A stretch of DNA of 64,000 nucleotides from the human T2T-CHM13v2.0 reference genome, Homo sapiens. Below, piece by piece: positions 1-13,749 of the stretch. The number at the start of each line of letters is the position of its first letter. The stretch's first letter is position 1. The notes under the pieces are model-generated. The model was not told the DNA's origin, did not search any database, and worked only from the letters and a program-made list of their open reading frames with translations. A program made the position numbers and the translations under genes. The DNA lies in assembly GCF_009914755.1 (NCBI RefSeq), contig NC_060941.1, one strand, 5' to 3'.

Positions 1-64
1 ATGCCTGGGATTGGGGGAGCGGACAGTAAGAGTGTCCCCAGTGTAGAAACACTGTCCCAAAGGA

Positions 65-233
65 GTAATTCTTAACCTTGGCTACGCTATAGAATCACCT
101 AGGAAGCTTTTCAAAATTCCACTGTCTCAGCCTCATCCCAACCCAGTTAAGGCAGAATCTATGAGGGCAGGAGGGAGACAGCAGTGAAAACTCCCTGGCT
201 GAGTCCAATGATGAGCCAAGGTTAAGAATCGCT
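65..233. mobile_element. MER5-family (hAT-Charlie) MITE relic
   Basis: Inverted termini ttcttaaccttggct...agccaaggttaagaa and internal agaatcacctaggaagcttt typical of MER5A1/MER5B. Confidence 0.75.
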
Positions 234-1388
234 CATTGCAGAGGGGCAGCCAGCCAGAAGAGGAACTGTGTGCTGCGAGCTGGTGAAGGTACTGAATCCT
301 GATCGTGAGCAGGACATAAGAGGTTCCAAAGCAAAAACTGTAATAAGAGTGGCTGGGGTAGACCTGGGAACCAACATTGTACCTGCCAGATGGGTGACTA
401 GACGGGGTGGAATTCCTGGCAGCTGTGTCACCTCATTTCCCATAAGAACAGGGTGGACACCTTTCAGTCTCTCACATAAATAACCACACAAAGCCTCAGT
501 TTTCTCCCCTAATAAGCAGCAAACAATAAGCCAGCTCCCATGAGGTGCTAAGCATTAGCTCATCCCACGAAAAGAACTGTCTTAATAAAGGCAGCCATGT
601 GACCGTGAGCCTCTTTCAAGATAAACTCCATGGGCACAAGGATACTCTCTGAGCAAGCACAGATTTCACATATATTTAATGGAGCCCTGACAATAAGCTT
701 GGCAATGGGGCCATAAAGGAGGTGGAGTGGAGAAGGAAGAATTAAACGAGAAACCAGTGACCAAGAATGAGGGAGGGATGAACAAGCAGATGCTCTCTCC
801 TTAAAAAGAAAGATTAAGTCCCGTATAAATTCTTTCTCCTGCCGGGAATGACTTTTTTCTTCATTATTTCATTCCCAGCCTGCTCTGCTAAAATGCTGAG
901 CCGAGCTTTTCCTTGTTTCCCTTGGCTTAAATCATTAAGTCCAGGATGTCAGTATGGGGAGGCAAGGGGGTGTGGAGAAAAGGAGGAAGCCAACCGGCTC
1001 TCACTCTCTCAGGTGTACCAAGTCACTGCAGGACCAGGATCAATGGCTTCCCTGCACTCTACGTTTTCAGCCCCACCTGGCTAGCCCAGATGGAAAGATA
1101 AAGGAACAGGTACCAGTCTATAAAGCATGTCTCCCGGAGGCCTTAGGGCCAGCATGTCCATTCTTTCCCAAGGGATTTGCCTTCTATTCTTTCAGTCCTT
1201 TTACTGCAGCTGATTGGGACAAGGAAGAAGACGTCCAATTGCTCCATACCAGCAAGACCAGAAAGACAAGGAACCCAGGATTCTGTTCCAGGTTCCTTTT
1301 CTGTGCCTAAGGATTTCCAACAGGTCACTGCAACAAGTGAGTCTGAAGAATATCGGACCTTGTTGCTTCCAGTGTTCCCACCTTCTTC

Positions 1389-1703
<315 letters not shown>

Positions 1704-3420
1704 CACATTCCTTTCCTTACCCTCACCACCCCCTCCTCACAAAGTCAGAGATCTCCCACTTGACTCAAGTCCCTGGGTTCCCTCCAGCCAGTAAACGCCG
1801 TGTGCAAATGTCCTGACTCTTGCAAAAGTGTTAAAAAACAAACCTTAAAAAGCTTCCAGATGTTCTGTTTGTATTGTGGTGCTTCTCTGCGCTGGTCTCC
1901 AGAGGCCAATACGCAGTGCACAGCATCCTGACTGCCCAGATAAAATATGAGGCAGCCAAGAGGCACAGCCTGGGGGTGAGTGGGGATGACCCTTCCCCCA
2001 GGACCACGGCTCCCCCAGTTCACCCATTAACTCTTCCATTGCCAAAGGGCAACTTTCCACGCAAAAACCTTCAAAAGACTGCAAAGGAACAAGTCTGATA
2101 AGCTTTTAGGTTTTGTCTCCTCTGAGTGTCCACCTCACCTCACCATTAAACTTCTCACACCAACTGCCTTTGGGATGTCGAGTCAGGGACTCAACGACAC
2201 AAGAGTGACCCTCCTACTTAAGATGCTAAGTTACCATTTTCAAGGACATCTTAGGAGCTGGACCATCCAGAATGCGGGAACAGAGTTCATGAGTTGTCGA
2301 GGCCCCTCTGGGGCTGGTGGCCTCTGATCTACAGAAAGGTAATTGCCAACGGGCCAGCTTGTGCACACACAGCCACACACGCAACCCAAGGTGCACGCAC
2401 CTGAGGGCCCACGATTCTTTGCACAGGGTGACGCCTGCTCCCTTTGATGCTTGCCGGATGTGTTCCCAATGGGCAAAAACCAGACCTCAATAAAACCCGG
2501 CATTATCAAGAGGCCGGTGGTTTGTGATTGCACCAGCCTGTTATCTCCGAGGCCCTGGGTGGGGCTGCTTTGCGGTTCTCCATTGAAAAGCATTAACTTA
2601 TAGGTAGATCAAAGACCCTCCCGAACCAGCCGACCTGGTCCCTTGTTTGTCCCGGTGGACTGTGCCAAAAGATGGACTTTAAAGATAATAGGTACCCCAG
2701 TCCCAGACTCCCTTCTGCCCTCCCTCTCCTTCTCATGCACTACGTCCCTCAGGGGCCATCCAACAGCCAATCATAAGGCCTTTCCTTCTCTTTCTGCAGA
2801 TGACCCATTTAGAACAAGTGGGGGACCTGGCCGGACAGAGTCCTGGCCCTGCTGCAACAATGGGGATCGAGGGGGAGAGAGAAACAGTGACTTTGAGACC
2901 AGGCAGGAGCTCTTCTCCCCTTTGGCAATCAGGCCAGGAGTGAGGTTCCAGAGAGACAGTCGCTGATTCCACTCTCTCCTCATGAGGGATAAACTGCTGA
3001 GTCCTCTTCCCTTGGTCCCTAAAGTTCCCTGTTGGCCTCTACTGCCCACCCAGATGTTTGAGAGCCAGCGGTCAGTCTGCAGTGAGGACACAGTGGGACC
3101 TCTGAGTTGTTTGGATCTGGGTCACCGAGCAGGACTGCCCATTGATATGGGAGAGAAAGAGCATGTGTCCCCAGACTGTGGGTGCCAGCAGCCTGCTCGC
3201 CTCCTGATGTTCCCCAACCCAGTAGTGTAGGTCGACCCGGTCAGCTGCAGGCTGCAGGCTGCAGTAGCAGCCATGTTTTTCTTCTTGTGTTGAGGGTACC
3301 AAGCTCACTGTCTGGCAAAGAAGAGGCAAACGAATGAATGAATGAACAAATGAATAAATGAATGGATCACTAGCAGCACAAGCTAGTCATCTTAAAGCAT
3401 GGGAGGCCCTTAGAACATGA

Positions 3421-3952
<532 letters not shown>

Positions 3953-5994
3953 TATTTGTTCTTATTAATCTATTTCCCTATGGCATTATCTCCATTTCAA
4001 AAATACAGTCAGCACATTTCTGAAGAGGAAGGACATTAAGCCACTTCCGTGGTTATTTTCCTGCTATAAACCATTCCTAAAATGTGTACAATAAAGCCCA
4101 GATCCATCTTCCATTACTCCTTTTTTTTCCTTTTTAAATCAATAAAATTGTTTGTAACATTTAGATTAACCCTTACCTCACCTCCTTCTATATTCCCTCA
4201 ACCACCCCTAAAAGTTCTGAGAACTTGTGTCCACATGCAGGGAGGAGGTAATGAAGGCAGGAGTCATGAGCAGGGCACTTAAGACACCCTCACCATGAAT
4301 GATTTAGCTCAGCTACTGATAAAGGCGTTATTCCAAAACAGCTAAGACTAATCCATACTCTAGCTTGGCTATTATTTCATGCTACATTACATAGAAATCC
4401 AACTCCTGTATCTTTCCCTTGTATCTTTCATCTTTCTAATTTGTGTTCTCTCTTCCTTGAACCCCTGGTTTGTCTGTCTCTGTCTCACTCTCATTAGAGA
4501 CACCACGGCCTTATGAGCCAAGATAGGCCAACTCAACTGGAAAGGATGCTTATGGGGGCTCTGTCTGTTCTGCCTGGTCCTGGCCCCACATGGCCTGGCC
4601 AGCTTGTGGCATCTGTGCCAAGGTGAGCGGGGAAGCTGGGCCTCGGCACCCTCCCATCACGATGGGGCCAGGCTGTTACCCAAGGCTGCAGCTGGACTCT
4701 CAGAGGCACAGGGAGGTCAGGCAGCAAGTTCACAGAACAGGCCACCCACACGGCACATCAGGGCTGCTGGACTGTCCCCAGGGCCAGAGCCGCTCTGGCC
4801 CTTGGCCCTGACTCGGAAGACTCCACCATATGGCCTCCCTCTGGGAGGGTGAGAGGAAGAAAAGAAGTAAACCAGGGGCTAGGAAGAACCATGCTGCCCT
4901 CTGAATGCCAGAGACCCTTCTTGGGCACGGGGTTGGTGGGTATTAGATTTGCTCCCAGCAGGTCTGAGACAAGAAAGGCGGTGTCCAATAAATGAAACGG
5001 GTAACAGCTGATAGCAATACGATAGATGAGCAGATGAGATTGGGCTCTCCCTTTCTGCTCTTCTCGGGTTCGTTCTCTCTTTCTCTCTCCAGCCCCTAAA
5101 TGTGTTTCCAGGGTTTGGTCTGAACTTCAAAAACCCTAAAGTTTTTGGGAGTCTTCACACTTTTCTAATTAAAGACCCAAACTGGATTTTCATGTTTGCA
5201 GAGAACTTTGAGCAAAAGTGTAGGCAGCACAGCAAAACAGGAAGAGAATGATCTCTCTCTTGTTCTCTTGTGTGTTTTTTTTTTGTTCTCTCTCCCTCTC
5301 TCTCTCTTTCTCCTCCCCCTAAAAAGTACTGGGGGGTAGGGGAAGGAAGCAAACAAAACCTCTCTGCAGCTTTGGCCCCTAAGTCCCCTGAGCCTGCCAG
5401 TGTTCTGTTGACAGCCTTTCTCTTTTCTGCGGTCCTATAGCCACCAGTTCCATCCCTGTTGGGGCAGGGGTGGGGGTGGGGAGAGCTGGGCAAGGCTCTG
5501 GGAAAAGAGAGGAAGGAGGCAAAGAGTAGATTCTCTGGCACAGCTGCCAAGAAAAGAGCCCAAATGCCTCATCTCAGCGGAAGGCAACCCTCCTGGGCTC
5601 CCAGGCATGCTGGGGCTTGCTGAAAACCAGAGCCCTGGCTGGCAGAGGCGGTGGACAGGGAACCAGAATTCAAAGGGGCGGCCGAAGGAGGGGGGTGCGG
5701 GGGAAGAGGGGGAGGTTTCAGTGAATCATATAAATTAGAGACAGAAAGGATGTCAGGCCACCTTCATTTCCTTCCTCTCCTAATGGGAATTATCTCATTA
5801 GCCCCGAGCTTCCTAGAGGCTAACTTTAAATGATTCCTGTAATGGGGGTTTCAGTGTACACCCCACCTCCCCATCCGATCTGACTCTTAGGAGAGCTAAG
5901 AAAGGCTCTTAAAGGAACAGCAACAAAAAGATGCCAGTTCTATCTACTGACCACTGAATATTTCATGCAACCTAAGGATGGCCCTTTCTCCTTC

Positions 5995-6700
5995 TAGGTC
6001 CACTTTTAGGAATTTATTGTGAGAAAATAGTCATGAATATGGTGATGAGCTGTATAATGGCACAAACTCTTGCTCCCCTCCACTCCCTAACAAAAGACAG
6101 TCATGTTCTAATCCCTGCTATGTATGAATGTTACCTTATGGTATATGGTAAAAGGGACTTGGCAGATGGAATTAAGTTAAAGGTCTTGAGATGGGGAGAT
6201 TATCCTGGATTATCCAGATGGACCCTAAATGTAGCTGTAAGTGTTCATATAAGAAGGAGGCAGAGGGAGACTTGACTACAGAGAGGAGAACTCCACAAAG
6301 GCAGAGACTGGAGTGATGTGGCTCCAAGCCAAGGAATGCCAGCAGTCATCAGAAGCAAAAAACAATTCTCCCCTGAAGCCTCCAAAAGAAACCTGCCCTG
6401 ATGACAATGACTTGGTTTTAGCTCCAGAAGTCTCAGTCAGACTTCTGACCTCCAGAGCTACAAGAGAAAAATCTGTGTTGCTTTAAACCACCAAGTTTGT
6501 GGTAACTTACTACATCAGCTTCAGGAAGCTAGTACAGATATAAATAAAGTTTGCTGCAAGGATTGTCATCAGAGCCTTATTTCACAGCAAAAGGGAAAAA
6601 AATGTTGGAAACATAAAAAAACTATTAAAAAATAACCATGTCACATGTTCCTACAATGAAATACTAAACAATCAAGAAAATATTGAACTATTACTTAATG
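5995..6700 (+). mobile_element. Old L1M (L1ME-like) 3' fragment interrupted by MLT1
   Basis: ccacttttaggaatttat...gaaaatagtc before the LTR and tgcaaggattgtcatcagagccttattt after it. Confidence 0.5.
6051..6536 (+). mobile_element. MLT1C/D-type MaLR solo LTR
   Basis: TG...CA ends; aaaagggacttggcagatggaattaagttaaaggtcttgagatggggagattatcctggattatcc; tgctttaaaccaccaagtttgtggtaac. Confidence 0.9.
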
Positions 6701-7068
6701 ATAAAAGATTAACATCCTATAACTAAATATGGTTCCTATTTCCTTTGCTTTTATACATTTTTCTAATAGTAAGCATCTTATAATTCCTTCTGTCATTGTA
6801 TAAGTTACATGTTTATTTGCAGAGTGGTATGAGTGTTAAGGATGGTTTGATCCCTTTCTATGAATAAAGATGCAGGAACTGGTGGAAATTTAGTAGAGGA
6901 AGTCAAACGGAGCAGGAGGTCCAGAGTTGGCATCCTTCTGGGTTCTGAAAACCTCCAAGGTTCCTGGCAAAAAGACTCTCCTCTACACACACCTCATCCT
7001 GGCACCATGAGGCATCTGGCCTGCAGACCCTGCCTGCTAACAAATGAAAGAGTCCAGTCTCCTTACCA

Positions 7069-7180
7069 TGCGGCTCAATTCCCCAACCCCCCACCTCAAG
7101 TCTGGGAGAAATACAGACTTGAGGTGGGGGGTTGGGGAATTGGGCTGCAAAAATAACCCTCAAAGCATGGTTATTTTTGC
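7069..7180. repeat. Double inverted repeat (36 bp arms + 12 bp arms)
   Basis: 7069-7104 pairs with 7114-7149 (two G-T pairs); gcaaaaataacc 7147-7158 pairs with ggttatttttgc 7169-7180. Confidence 0.95.
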
Positions 7181-7215
7181 CTCCTTACTCTTATCTGTCT
7201 TTCAAGGTTGGGTGG

Positions 7216-7642
7216 TGTATTAGTTTACTAGGGCTGCCATTTCAAGTTAGTACAAACTGATGGCTTAAAACAACAGGAATTTCTTCTCTCACAGTTCCGG
7301 AGGCCAGAAGGCCAAAATCAAGGTATGGAGAGGGTTGATTCCTTCTGGTGGTTTTAGGGGAGAATCTGCCCCCTGCCTCTCTCCTGGTTTCTGCAGGCAA
7401 TCCTCAGCATTCCTTGGCTTGCGGATGCACCACTCCAATCTCTGCTCCATCTTCATAGTGCCTTTCTCTCTGTCTTCTTCTCTTCTAAGGATGTGTCATT
7501 GGATTTAGGACCTGAATCCAGGATGATTTCATCTCAAGATCCTAGCTAATTACATGTGCAAAGCCCCTATTTCCAAATAAGGTTAGATTCTGAGGTTCTA
7601 GATGGACATGAATTTTGGAAGTTCACTACTCAAACTATTACA
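7216..7642 (-). mobile_element. MLT1B-type MaLR solo LTR
   Basis: tgtattagtttactagggctgcc...ggcttaaaacaacag...tctcacagttccggaggccagaag...ctatttccaaataagg. Confidence 0.9.
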
Positions 7643-7655
7643 GAAAGCCTTCATC

Positions 7656-7974
<319 letters not shown>

Positions 7975-8154
7975 TAAGTTTCAGTAACTCCACGAGGTCT
8001 TCTCTGATTCTTCCAGGTCCCATCCCTTCACAGAACTTTTCTGTAGTCTGCATCCCACAATTCAGCCATAATGCCATACTCTCATCCCCTGTTCATTGCC
8101 CAGGACCTACAGATGGAAGTATCCAAAGGCAGATGGACACTCCCTAAACGGATG

Positions 8155-8320
8155 AACTTCCCAACAACTGCAGTTGCCAATGTTAGAATGGGTGGCCTCA
8201 GGAGAGATAAAATTCTCCATCATTAAAGTGTCCAAGCAGAAAGCACCTATCTGGACAGGCTGGGAGGATGTTGTGGGTCTGAATGGGAGATGGAATGAGG
8301 TGGTCAAAAAGAGTCTGATT
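8155..8320 (+). mobile_element. L3/CR1 3' fragment
   Basis: gaatgggtggcctcaggag...ttctccatcattaaagtgtccaagcaga resembles the L3 3' end. Confidence 0.6.
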
Positions 8321-8620
8321 TTATTAAATATGAGAACAAAGACTGTACTCAAATAACTTAGCACAGTGCTGAGCACTGAAAAGGCACTAAGCAGATGGGT
8401 ATTATCCCACTAGGGATGTTCCTTTAAATCTCAATCTTCCTCCTTTCAACAAATGCATGGAACTATACAAAGCAAAATAAACCATGAGAAAGAAAATGCT
8501 AAGTCTGAGACTATTTGTATATTCAATGGCCATTTGCAGACCACCTCCTTGGTATACTGCACTATGGGATAGAATCTGACACTCTTCTGCAAGTCTCTCT
8601 TCTTTGATGGCAAGGTGACA

Positions 8621-8750
8621 AGCAGGGCATGGTCGCATGAGCCTGTAATCCCAGCTACTGAGGAGGCTGAGGTGGGAGAATCACTTGAGCTTGGGAGTTC
8701 AAGACCAGCCTGGGCAACATGGTGAGACCCCATCTTCAATTTTTTTAAAA
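8621..8750 (+). mobile_element. FLAM (Alu monomer)
   Basis: gcctgtaatcccagctact...ggagttcaagaccagcctgggcaacatggtgagacccc, single arm only. Confidence 0.9.
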
Positions 8751-9244
8751 AGCAGCAGCAGAAGCAGCAGGTGATAAACCAGGGCAAATCCTATGCCAGG
8801 AGACACCTAAATCAGCACCCCCAATGGTTATGTGACCTGAGAAAGGAACTCCATGCCACCAGAATGTCTAGATGAGCAGTTGGAGGGTCCCTTGGCAAAA
8901 CCTAAGAGATGGGGTTCTGGGATCTATTTTTGCGCCTGCCCAACCCACTAAGAAAGGGAGAGAAGGCAGAGGAGCTGCTCTCTGCAGCTGCCAAGGGCAG
9001 GCTGTCTGCTCATGCTGGAGCCCAGACAAAGCACACCCACCCGGTGGTGATTTATCAGCCGTGGGAGGCCCAAGAAGCTCTTAAGCCGCAGGTGGGTGCC
9101 TGTAAAGCCACCCTCCCTGGGGAGCACAGACCTCAGGCCTTGCTCTGCTGCTAATCACCATAAGCACCCCGGTGCCTCAACCCCGATCTGGGTGGCCCTT
9201 AACCACTCCCAAAGCCCTGTCACATGCTCGGTGATCTCAGCCGG

Positions 9245-9355
9245 CCTCACATAAACCCTGTCAAGTAAGCAGGACAGGTGTTGTTATTATTCCCACTTTA
9301 CAGATGGGGAAAACTCTGGGGGAGCAGTTCGATGGCTTGCTCAGGGCCACCCAGG
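9245..9355 (-). mobile_element. MIR fragment
   Basis: ttattattcccactttacagatggggaaaact...gcttgctcagggccac. Confidence 0.7.
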
Positions 9356-10777
9356 GAGCACATGTCCCAATTCCTCCCATAGACTAGGCAGGCAAGTGGC
9401 ATCGCCACTCCCTCTGTGCTGCCTGCCAGCACTTGAGGGTTTTACAAAGGTGGCAACAAATACCAGGGATGTCTCTTCCCCCTGGGCCCTGGGTCCCTTT
9501 TTGGACACTGGGGAGCCTGACTCACTAAAACTCCTGTGTCTTTCTGTTCAATCATCCTCCCTCCTCCTGCTTGACAGTTTGGAAGTGGAGGGGCAGGGCC
9601 CTGGCAGGAGTAGACATAGCTTGTGCCCAGGCTGAGCCTCCCCCAGGAGCAGTAAAACATGCCTTTTGGGATCTGAGAGGAGAAGCTGCCCATTCTGTAC
9701 TTTTCCAGACGTGGAGAAAGAAAGGAGAAGGCAGAGCAGATTTGAACTCCTGGCTCAACTCACCAGCCCTGTAGAGGTCCTCAGAGATGAGCCTTGTATT
9801 TCACTAAGCAGCCCCAGGAAGCGGTTTGGGGGACTTCAGAGCAGAATGGAGCAAGAGGAACACTGCCCTTGTTGGGGGCCGGAAGTCGGTGGGGTGTGAG
9901 TTAGTGATCCTCAGGTCAAGGGCCTCCACGGGAGGATGGGACCCCTGGACCCACATAACCCACGCTTCCCAAAGGCCTTCACTGCAGATTCGACGGAGCC
10001 GCAGGAACCAGGACTCAGGAGGTGGCACCTGCAGGGCCGGGAGGAGAGGGACATGCAAATGAGGCCAGGCCATCCACAGCCCACTCCTCCTGGAAGCCCA
10101 GAGTCTGGCTGGCAACTTGAACCTGATCTTCTAAACAGGACAAAAAAAGAAAAAAAAGTTGTGATTTCCCCTGACCAACCCATTTCTTTTTCCCCCTTCC
10201 CCAACCCCTGTGGAATTTGCACCCTCAAGAGGCACCTGGGGAGCCACCAGCAACTAAGAGTTCAAGGGGCTCCTCTGCATTTGGGGTCAGGCAGAGAGGA
10301 GCCACAGCAAGGGAAGGTGAGTGGACAGTTGCAAGCTGTGAAAAGCCAAGTTGCCTCCAGGCATCTAGGCCTGCGTTTGGTTCCCATGACACTCTTACTG
10401 GCAGCGTTAATAACTAACCACGTCCCAGACAGGTGCTGGCGGCCTAGCCTTAGGAGTTCTTGTTCAGGGCTGGAAATGAGTCACTTCCCTTTTATAGTTT
10501 GCTAGGAGACTGAGTCACCCAGGGGCCGACCCTTTCACACAAGTTCTCACACCCTGGCCAACTAATATCCATGTTCATACCCTAGACCTACCCATCTACC
10601 AGGTCAGCCAGGCCCAGTGGGGCTGACCCTCATGGTCTATGTCAAACAGCATCCCCAGGAGTGACCCAGTCCCTGCCTTTTCCCTTTGTCCCCCTACTCT
10701 CTCAATGGAGATGGCCCACTCACTGTCCCAAGAGGCAGCTCCTGCCTGGGCAGCTGTCTGAGAAGGACAGAGTCTGA

Positions 10778-11315
10778 CAGGTAGGCGCCCATGCCCAAGG
10801 CCCAGTTAGATCCACCTCATCTTTGACCTTACTCTAAACATTGCTCTCATACGTCCTCAATCCTCTGTTTGGAAACCAAAAACACCAGAAGTGGAAAGTT
10901 CAGAGCTGATGAACTAAAGGACAAAACTGCGATGCAGCAAGTCAGCTTCAACCCTCTCGGGAAGGGCAGAGGCTGAAAGCAGGTAAACTGAGGCCTGTGA
11001 CTGTTAATACACTCCCCTACTTCAGGAGTCAGGTGGGAGGCAGGAGAGGTAGGTCATCGAGTCCAAGGCTCTGAGCACCCACATTCGTCAGGTGGCTCTG
11101 GTGTCAGTCTCTCAGGACTAATCTCCTGATAGACAACAAATAAACATCATTAGAGAAAACAAGCTCATATGCATTTTTCAGTAACCCTTCTTTCCCCACT
11201 CTCGTATGGCCTCTCTTATGTTTGCCAGCAGGTGGGTACCCATGCCCAAGACCCAGTGACATCCATCTCACCTTTGACCTTTACCCTAAACATTGCTCTC
11301 ATAACTCCTCAACCC
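10778..11315 (+). repeat. ~85 bp dispersed direct repeat (10778-10863 / 11229-11315)
   Basis: Both copies read cag-gt..g..cccatgcccaag.cccagt...atcca.ctca.ctttgacctt...ctaaacattgctctcata...cctcaa. Confidence 0.9.
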
Positions 11316-12354
11316 AAGGGGTGCATTTGGTCTTTTTTAATTTAAAAAATTAATTTTTCTTAATTAAAAAAGAGTGTATGTAAGAGAAAAAGAAATAATG
11401 AAACTAAAAAACAGGAGGTTAAAAAAAAAAAAACCTCCCCGAAATAGTTTGGGGATTTACTTTTTTTTTTTTAATCCTCAGAAAGTCCCTCTTGCTACCT
11501 GGTTTCTAAAACAGACAATCAACAGAGATGACATCAGATTAAACAGCACTGGGTGTCTCACTGCCAGGGGCTCCAGGCAGGTGTGAGACTGACAGGTTGA
11601 GAAAAGATGACACTATTTCTTCCCTTAGAAGATGAAAACCAAGGAGGAGAAATGACAGCAGAGGCTGAGCCCCGGGTGTGGTGGGAAACGTGACACCCTG
11701 CCAGCCGTTGGCCTTTTGGGTGAACTCTGCTCGCTCCTCTGCATGGGACGACACTGCAACCCGGCGCTTGTTAGTTCCCCCATCTCTCAGGTATCACAGC
11801 CAAACTCACCCCAAGGGCTCAGAAAGCTCAGCCTGTGGCTGTCTCACCTCCACAGAGCCCCCTGGACTTTCCAAGCCTGCATTTTGAACTCTGTTGGCTG
11901 CGGCCGTGGCTTTCACTTGACCTCTGCAGAGAGAGAGGGGCTTTCCCTGGGACACACGTCTTGCACATAGCAGCTAAGAGCGCCAGCCAAGCTTCGTCGA
12001 TAGCACCAAGGGTCCAGATGCCAGGAGAGAGACTCCACCCCCAGAGGTGGCTCAAGAGTCCAAGTGAGTCATGAGGTCTGACCAGCGACCATAATGTCCC
12101 AGGGTGAAGTGGGAGGCCTGGAGATGGAGCCCGCTGCAGGGACAGGAACCACAGTGACTCACAGTTGGACCCCGAGGGGAAGTTCCATCTGCAAATCCTC
12201 TAAATGGCTCTGGTCCCCGGGTGAGCTCATCTGCACTGCCGCTGACACTCAGAACCAGGACTGGCTTCTTTCTCCCAGGGCCCGGGTTTTTCACTCTCAA
12301 TTATGGTTATGGCAGAAACCAACATTCGAGCCGCAGCACCTCTCCCCTACCCGC

Positions 12355-12377
12355 CACACACACACACACACACACAC
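12355..12377 (+). repeat. (CA)n microsatellite
   Basis: Direct observation. Confidence 0.95.
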
Positions 12378-13233
12378 GATGGATGGACCTGGGGAGACAG
12401 CGTGTCCTCCTGGAGCGTCAGAGTTTTCACCTTTAAAAACAGTCCTTCCTCCTAATGATCTCACCACAGAAGCTCTTGGAGCTATATGGTAGGGAATGTG
12501 ACAGTTCTTTAAAAGGAAGTATGTGAAATCCACACAAGGCAGTAACATTGTAATATCACTGTTTAAAACTTTGGCTCCAGGGACCTGGCCATGAGGCTAC
12601 CATCTTGCTCCATCTCCCTGGGCCATTGGTCTGGGAGCGGAAGAATGCAAGGCATTGGGGAGGAAAGTGTCCATGTTGCCCAGGAGCCTGGCGGGATCAC
12701 TCAGAAACACACTCAACCTTGGGAGAAACACACAGGTAAAGACCCCACCACTCCCATTGCCCTTTCCTGCTCTAAGCGCTTCCAGCAGACTGCAATATGT
12801 CCACAATTCTAAGGCTTTATCAGGTAGAAGGGGGTTCTGGCGTGGCCCCCAGCTAGCTCTCCACTGTGTGCATGAACAGCAAGGTCCCCCAACCAAGGGC
12901 ACCAGGCATTCATTTCCCTTATAGGTTCTGTTTTCAGGTTACGTGCAATCACAGGACAGCTGCTAATCACCACCAAGACGGGGCCGTCCCAGAAGCATTC
13001 TTAGAAAGACACGCTGGTTCTGCGAGCTCTGAAGCACCCTTAGCCTGTCCTGCCTGGAGGATCATTGTGGCTGCAGGACGAGAAAGACAAGAGGAAAGAC
13101 GGCCGACCCATTCATTCCTGCCGTTGTCAAGTTGTCCTTTCTTGGAGGGAGGAGGAAGACAGGAGGGTACTAAGAGGCTGCGAGACAACAAGGGGACCCC
13201 TCAAAGAGCATCAGGGAGACCACGAAGAATGAT

Positions 13234-13386
13234 CTCAAGCAGTATTAGCTGCTCCATGGCATGATAATGTCCCTGTTGGGTGTTCCCTGCACTCTGTACC
13301 CCTCATACCCTAACTTCATCAGAACAGGAGGAAGGGGGCATTTGCTGTCTCTCTCTTCCTACCCATCTTCCCCACTCCCTTTCATT

Positions 13387-13423
<37 letters not shown>

Positions 13424-13476
13424 GCTGGGGCTGCAATCTGCCAGTGTGACCCCTGGTGGCTCTGCAGGCAGCAGGG
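13234..13476 (+). repeat. ~240 bp duplicated segment, copy 1
   Basis: ctcaagcagtattagctgctccatggcatgataatgtccc...poly-T...tgacccctggtggctctgcaggcagc, repeated at 16234. Confidence 0.95.
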
Positions 13477-13749
13477 TGAGGAGAGTGACCCTCATATGAA
13501 GCCACGACCCCAATGCAAGAGGCTATCCTGAATCTGGGAGTCACGGTTGTTCAGAATCAGTCCCTGAGATGTGGCACCGTGGCGTTTGACATTATCACCA
13601 CCATCGATGTCATTCTATGGTAACGTATGTGTGCCATTGTGTGCCTGGGACACAAACAGGCACTTTCGATACCCCTCCTGCTTGGACCCTTCCCCTGCCA
13701 TCCCCTCCTCCCACTGGCCGCCCTGTTGCTCTCAGCTTCCCTGTAAAGA

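Noticed and set aside
9936-10505. 189 aa ORF with ATG start
   Set aside because: No recognisable protein family or exon structure; compatible with chance in GC-rich DNA.
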